A stretch of 64,000 nt of DNA from Pachysolen tannophilus NRRL Y-2460 (lineage: Eukaryota): contig KV454013.1 in the NCBI GenBank assembly GCA_001661245.1, positions 21,005 to 85,004 on the forward strand, given 5' to 3'. The notes below the pieces were generated by a model that saw only the letters and a list, made by a program, of their open reading frames with translations, searched no databases and had not been told where the DNA came from. How positions within the stretch are numbered: position 1 is the first letter of the stretch; each line of letters opens with the position of its first letter. This document shows positions 58,285-64,000 of the stretch, one piece after another. Both the position numbers and the translations under genes were made by a program.

Positions 58285-58989
58285 TTATAGCACAATTAAA
58301 ATTAATAGTAGTATAACAAGTGCCGCAACTAATAATACTATACAACAATCTGAAGCTTTATCTTTATTTTTAGCCAAGAAATAATCTACCCGTTTTAAAC
58401 CATTATGTAATTTTGTACCCATGGTATCCATTTCATTATCAAATTGTTGTAATATAACATGTTGATCTTCTAATTCATCACCCATTGTTGATGCTTGCAT
58501 ATGTAAATTTTGCATTGTTTGGTGTATGTTATCCAAATGGTAATCTTGTTCTCTGATTAGTTCTTGTTGCTGGAAATGCTGGTACTGCTGCCCAGCAGCA
58601 GTACCACCAGCATCAGCACTACTTTGATGATCTTCTTGGTCAAATTCTTGTGAAATTCTATTTGACATTGTAGTAACTTCTCTCTTACTCTTATTTAATT
58701 TCTCCAGCCATTTGGAATTCAATTGTGACAATTTGCGGCGCAAATCTTGTATACTTTCACTCCTTTTCTTTAACTCATTCGCATCAATACTTGAATATAA
58801 ATCAGGATTTTGATTTATAGTATCAACAGATTCTTTTAAATCATTTATTGTTTCTAATAATTCAGATTTATTGTTATTAAAATCTAAAACAATATCATTA
58901 CTGATATTATCAGATTGTCTATCTATAAAATCATTTAGCACATCCAATTGCTTATAAGCATCTTTTTCTACCTCATAAAATGGATCCAT
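58285..58989 (-). CDS. TLG1: Qc-SNARE Tlg1 (syntaxin-6 family)
   Basis: MDPFYEV N-terminus, SNARE motif EQD.HLDNIHQTMQNL, DCCI before a C-terminal TM anchor; first ATG at 58989. Confidence 0.88.
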   Translation of the reverse strand: MDPFYEVEKDAYKQLDVLNDFIDRQSDNISNDIVLDFNNNKSELLETINDLKESVDTINQNPDLYSSIDANELKKRSESIQDLRRKLSQLNSKWLEKLNKSKREVTTMSNRISQEFDQEDHQSSADAGGTAAGQQYQHFQQQELIREQDYHLDNIHQTMQNLHMQASTMGDELEDQHVILQQFDNEMDTMGTKLHNGLKRVDYFLAKNKDKASDCCIVLLVAALVILLLILIVL

Positions 58990-59147
58990 TGTTTTTCTTT
59001 TAAAATTAGCGGAAAACAAAACAAAAACTTATTACAACCTATATTAAAATAAATATAAACCTACTCTTTTAATTTTTTTTTATTATGGGTTTTGTTTGGT
59101 TTGAAGCGCACGACTGATTTAGAGCCCTCTTTTTTTTCTTTGTAAAC

Positions 59148-59227
59148 CACACCACCCACACCAGATCAAAAAAGATCCTACACCACATCTCACACCAGAT
59201 CCTACACCACTCACACCACTCACACCA
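59148..59227. repeat. Imperfect tandem array of (C/T)ACACCA units
   Basis: About 7 ACACCA copies, with GATCCTACACCAC duplicated. Confidence 0.75.
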
Positions 59228-59960
59228 TTTCTCTTTTTTTTTCTCTCTCTTTTTTCTTTTATTTCATCTTCATCATTAGCAAATTAAATATAGTAAATGA
59301 TAAGGCAGCAGATCTTTATTGCTTTTCATTACTCACAAATTGCACAATACGACCCATAAACTAGTCATATTCTAATCTCTCCAAAAAAAAATTTCTTTTT
59401 TTTTTCTTGTTTTTTTCTCGTACTTTTCCATAATTTTTCAACCTAACCTGATTTGTAACAATTATTTTCGCATCTTATCAAATGCAAGGTAAAAAAAAAA
59501 AAAAGATAAAAAAAATCAAACCAATTTTTTTCTCTTTTTCTCTTAATTTTTTTTTCAATTTTTTTTGGGTTTTTTTCTTACTCTTGATTCAAAAGTTATT
59601 CGTTAAAACTATATATCTATTTCTCATTTATGTTATTGACTATATATCTATTAGAATAGAATTAATTCCATTGGATAACTTCCTCACTTAAAAAGACAAG
59701 AGAGGAGTTAAAAACATCATAGTTTTATGTGTATTGAAATCTAAAAATTTCCGAGTGTTATTTTTAGCCTAATTAATTGGAAATTCATCCATAAAAGTTA
59801 TATTATTTTAAAAATTGAGATATTAATTATTTTTTTTATCCATCATTCAAAGACAAAGATAACTACAATAACTAACTTTTTTTTTTTTTTTTTTGAAAAA
59901 TAAAAAAAAAAAGTTGGATAGTGATAGTTTGGTAGGAGGAAATAGCATTATTATTTGCAA

Positions 59961-62381
59961 ATGCCTCCTCTAAATTCAGCATTATTTCCAAATTATAAGG
60001 ATGATGAGAGCAACCAAATCAATATTTTACTAAGGTTGAATAATGAAATTGTTCAAGAAATTAAAAAATATTACCTTGATGGAAGTATTAAACCTAAATT
60101 AATTGTGAAAAATGGAGAATTTTATTTTAAAATTAAAGATGATTTAATTTATAATGCTAAATCATTTCAAGAAAATTCTCGTGTTGAGCTATATTCAAAT
60201 TTAACTGCATCTAAGCCGATTTGCAACACTTCTGCAAGCAGAATTGAAAATACTGCAAATCTTAATATTCCCACTGAATATGTTACTGAATATGATAATG
60301 ATAATGGTAATGGTAATCATGGGGTTCATGATATTTTAGCGAATAGAAAAAAAAGAAAACAAATGCTTTCCCAATGCATCAATATGGGACGATTAAATAT
60401 GAAATTAAATGTCATTGATAATAGATTATTAAATAATAATCTTAAATTGAAAAATGAAAAATTACTCAAGGAGAAGAATAGGATGAATTTTATTGAAGAT
60501 CATGAAATAATTAAAAGACCACGTTCAGCAATGGCTGTAAATCATACATTAAATCCTTCATCTTCTTCATCAATTGTGTCGATCATTAATGGATCAAACT
60601 CAAATATTGATGGTATCAAATCTTTACCAGCATCTCCATATTTGAATGCTAATATTTATTCAAATCCCATAACACCTCTGGATGGTTATAGCGGGTTTAA
60701 CCTTGAAAAAAAATTGCATTTAAGAAAAAAATTGATTCATTTATTGTCATTAGGTCCTATTTCTCGTGATGACGTTTTCAACAAATTGAATCCAGATCAT
60801 GAAGATGAAGATTACTTGTCAAAACTGTTAGATGAAGTTGGAGTATTATATAACAAGGATATTGATGAATTGGATTATCCTTATCCTAATAAAGAAGCTA
60901 AAAATTGTTATGTTTTAAAATCTGAAAAATATAAAGAGTTAATCTTATCATGTTTTGATCATGGAATCTTAAACAAAATTGTTAAAAATTTCAGTTATAT
61001 TTTAGATAAAGATGGATATGCAGCTGATAGTATTATGAGAATTAAATTTTTACAAGATACAGAGGCCATTTTGAAAAAAATTTCAATCATTAAACTGAAT
61101 AAATTAGAACAACTAAAAGCTATTCGACATGAAAAACAAATAAAAGAAGAGGAGGAGCAAAAATTAAATCAACAAGAAGAACAAGAAAAGAAAGCTCCAT
61201 TTCCATCAGCAACAATGGTATCATCGAAGGCACCGGCTAAAAGGAAAAACAATCAAATGTCATCTTTAGACTCTCTGTTGGTTTTATCTGAATCCGAATC
61301 AGCTACCAACACTACCATTGAAAATAATAAAAACGAAATGGACGTTGCTAATGATAATGTTGCACCTTTAACAAGTATTCTGTTATCTTCTGAAGTTAAA
61401 AGAAGACGAACAATATCAAGCTCTTCTACATCTTCAAATAATTCAATAAAGCGAGATCAACGTAAAGACGTTTTAGCAATGAGGAAAGGAAGAGAAGGAG
61501 ATGGAGAGAGTTATGATGAAGAAGCGAACAGTAGTAACTCACCTACTTTGAACAGTAGCAGTGTTGATGGTGATATAGATGAGGAGTATTTATCTCTCAA
61601 TGAAGTTCACAGATTAAAGAAATTGAACGGCAATAATGCTACTGCTGCTCCATTGGTAACTTCCAAACCAATCAACAATGTTCAGCCTCTCATTTATGAT
61701 ACCAAAAACTATTCCAGGTCTTCAACAAGCTCTCCTGTTAAAACATTGACCACTACAAAAACTAATACTGCTTCTAATTTTATTAAAAAGCAAAAAACTT
61801 CGCCTCGTCTGTCAGAAGAATGGCCTACAGAACCATTACTTCAACTTGCTGTAAAGTTCAAGCAGAGCTATAAAGAGTACGAATTTTTATACAGAACCTT
61901 GGAAAAAAATAGAAGAGCTACAAATTTTAAGAATAAAGACGAAACTTTAAGAAAGTTTGTTAAACTTCACAATGAGTTATCCGTATGGAAAAAGAAACTA
62001 TGGGGTCAACCTATTACCAAAAGTCCTCAGAATAATATTAATAATAATAATAGTAATAATAATAATAATAATAATAACAATAATGAAGAAGTAATTTCTC
62101 AGTTATCCACTGAGAGAACAATACCTAGAAGTGTTGGAAGTGGTTCAGAAACCCGCAGTGGTAGTGGCAGGGTCAATTACACTGGGGTAAGGAGAAACGG
62201 AATTTACATTAATGAGAATAAAAAAAATGATTCTCTCAACACAATAAAAGACACATATTTTTTTTTTCTTTTCTATTTTAGCTATTTTTTTTTTTTTATT
62301 TTTATTTCATTTTTTGGAAAAGAAATCAGAGTATTGATTTTGTCTGATAATATTAATACAGTAGTGAGAAGTGGTTTATAA
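59961..62381 (+). CDS. ELL-like RNA polymerase II elongation factor (3' end uncertain)
   Basis: KKLIHLLSLGP winged-helix-like motif; occludin/ELL C-terminal domain (KFKQSYKEYEFLY...LHNELSVWKKKLW); first ATG at 59961. Confidence 0.7.
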   Translation: MPPLNSALFPNYKDDESNQINILLRLNNEIVQEIKKYYLDGSIKPKLIVKNGEFYFKIKDDLIYNAKSFQENSRVELYSNLTASKPICNTSASRIENTANLNIPTEYVTEYDNDNGNGNHGVHDILANRKKRKQMLSQCINMGRLNMKLNVIDNRLLNNNLKLKNEKLLKEKNRMNFIEDHEIIKRPRSAMAVNHTLNPSSSSSIVSIINGSNSNIDGIKSLPASPYLNANIYSNPITPLDGYSGFNLEKKLHLRKKLIHLLSLGPISRDDVFNKLNPDHEDEDYLSKLLDEVGVLYNKDIDELDYPYPNKEAKNCYVLKSEKYKELILSCFDHGILNKIVKNFSYILDKDGYAADSIMRIKFLQDTEAILKKISIIKLNKLEQLKAIRHEKQIKEEEEQKLNQQEEQEKKAPFPSATMVSSKAPAKRKNNQMSSLDSLLVLSESESATNTTIENNKNEMDVANDNVAPLTSILLSSEVKRRRTISSSSTSSNNSIKRDQRKDVLAMRKGREGDGESYDEEANSSNSPTLNSSSVDGDIDEEYLSLNEVHRLKKLNGNNATAAPLVTSKPINNVQPLIYDTKNYSRSSTSSPVKTLTTTKTNTASNFIKKQKTSPRLSEEWPTEPLLQLAVKFKQSYKEYEFLYRTLEKNRRATNFKNKDETLRKFVKLHNELSVWKKKLWGQPITKSPQNNINNNNSNNNNNNNNNNEEVISQLSTERTIPRSVGSGSETRSGSGRVNYTGVRRNGIYINENKKNDSLNTIKDTYFFFLFYFSYFFFFIFISFFGKEIRVLILSDNINTVVRSGL

Positions 62382-62890
62382 TAAAATAGCTTATATATAA
62401 TTTAGCACTTAAAGCTGGAAAAGAAAACGTAGCAATCCAATGTAGCCGCATATTGATTTGCTTCTCAAAAAAAAAAAAAAAAAAAAAAAAGAAATTAAAA
62501 AGTTTTGCGCTAATGTACTCTGATAGAAGGTGTAAGGTGTATGTGTCTTAGGACAGAGATTTCCGTTCAGCTTTGAACTAATTTAATTTTAGTTTTAGTC
62601 AATCATGCTAGATAAATGAACAGTTGAAAATCCTATATTACTAATGATTACAACATAATTATTAATATAGCAAGCATAAATCCAAATTTCTTACAAAGAT
62701 AATAATAAGATAACGATATATCTTGAATTTTTATACTTTATTATTTGTTTCAAAATAAGATAGAGATACAAACAATAGAACAGAAAGATCAGTACGATTT
62801 TTTCCCACGTGTAATTTTTTTTTTTCATGTCTTCATACCATTCATTTATTCATTATCTTTCAAAATCTTAAAACACCTTGAAACTAAAGC

Positions 62891-62921
62891 CTGGAAATCT
62901 GGAAATCTGGAAATCTGGAAA
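62891..62921. repeat. (CTGGAAAT) tandem repeat, nearly four copies
   Basis: Directly visible. Confidence 0.85.
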
Positions 62922-63369
62922 CTCAATGTTCGATTGGTAGTATTCCAACGTTTAAATGATTTCACATAATACCTTCTTATGTGCGGCTTATCAAAAAAAT
63001 CCTGTATGTTTTTTTTATCTTCTTCGGGACTTTATTATCACATTGTATGCATGCAGGCTGAAACCAAAGAAGAAAACCGTTTTATATTTGGTTGGATTAC
63101 ACACGACCCAATAATGGCACTTGAAGCCAGCCAAAAATACCAGTATTTTCCCATTTGTAAAATGGGTTCTTTTAGTTCTAGTTCATTGTTTTTAAAAGAA
63201 TCAGAATTATCTTCATCTAAATTGATTTAATATTCTGCCATGTGTATTATACAAAGATGGTATTTTCATTTGGGGCTATCTAAAAAATAAAAGTATAAAA
63301 TTGCAAAGAAAAAAAGAAAAAAAAAAAAAGGGCCAGAGATGAAAATATTTGAAAATATTTTGTAGAATC

Positions 63370-63999
63370 TTAAAGAAGTAGACGACCAATACCTATACCT
63401 AGAATTAAGTTGAGGATCAAGATTACATTGAGTTGGATTTTATCAAAGCTTAATAGTACATCTCTGCCGTCGATAAACAGGTCTCCTTTGAAGTTGTTTG
63501 TGAAAAAGTGAATATTTGGAATAAAAATAATTTTGGAAATATTACGTCCAACCATTGAAAATAATTCTTTACAATATGTCCAGAATGAATTTTGGTCTGA
63601 ATTGGGTAATGAAAATTCAATTTTGTAATCAGGAGCATGTGAGTCTTTTGTGTTGTTCAAGGTTGCTTCTGGAATTTGATTTATAGCTTTATCCGTATCA
63701 TTCAGATCAAGATCACTCACCGGTTTTACTTCAGATGGGGTCAGGGTTATTTCTTCTAAAGAAACCGGCTGCTTTAAAATTTGATCATTAGCTAACATGT
63801 CTTTAACTTTTGCTTCAAATGAATTTACTAACCTTCTTCTCTTCCAAGGCTCAAATACTAACTGAACAATGATGAACAAAAACAAATTTACACCCATTAT
63901 TAATAAAGTGCCCCATGTTGAGAATCGCCTTATTTTATCAGACCAAACTTGCTCCTCATGGTACCTTGTTAATATGACTGTCATCAAACTGCTTTGGTT
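63370..63999 (-). CDS. SHE9: Mitochondrial inner-membrane protein She9/Mdm33 (3' part; 5' end outside the window)
   Basis: [22 protein letters not shown]...GVN...EPWKRRRLV. Confidence 0.92.
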   Translation of the reverse strand, partial: NQSSLMTVILTRYHEEQVWSDKIRRFSTWGTLLIMGVNLFLFIIVQLVFEPWKRRRLVNSFEAKVKDMLANDQILKQPVSLEEITLTPSEVKPVSDLDLNDTDKAINQIPEATLNNTKDSHAPDYKIEFSLPNSDQNSFWTYCKELFSMVGRNISKIIFIPNIHFFTNNFKGDLFIDGRDVLLSFDKIQLNVILILNLILGIGIGRLLL

Positions 64000-64000
64000 T

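Overview
AT-rich budding-yeast (Saccharomycotina) nuclear DNA with about 26 protein-coding genes: GRC3, RIX7, VPS20, HEM2, a DNAJC9-like J protein, AGX1, SHM2, GPI1, RPS0, a FRE8/AIM14-type metalloreductase, SFL1, VPS29, ATP19, HSP10, PRP3, TOM1, an amidase, DIA4, a 2OG-Fe(II) oxygenase-like gene, an unknown coiled-coil gene, UGO1, SDC1, SVF1, TDA3, TLG1, an ELL-like factor and the 3' part of SHE9. There is one assembly gap (54360-54864). In-frame CTG codons fall where Ala (sometimes Ser) is conserved, so the organism probably uses the CUG=Ala code (Pachysolen-like; the species is my inference) and the supplied translations are wrong at those sites. The ORF track misses a three-exon ATP19 and the spliced first exons of RPS0, HSP10, TOM1 and SVF1. 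It also misses a box C/D snoRNA (snR13) inside a canonical intron of an apparently non-coding host transcript. A 122-codon membrane-type ORF lies in frame with GPI1, separated by one TGA and two codons. No mobile element, tRNA or rRNA was recognised. All homologue comparisons are from memory and need database confirmation.
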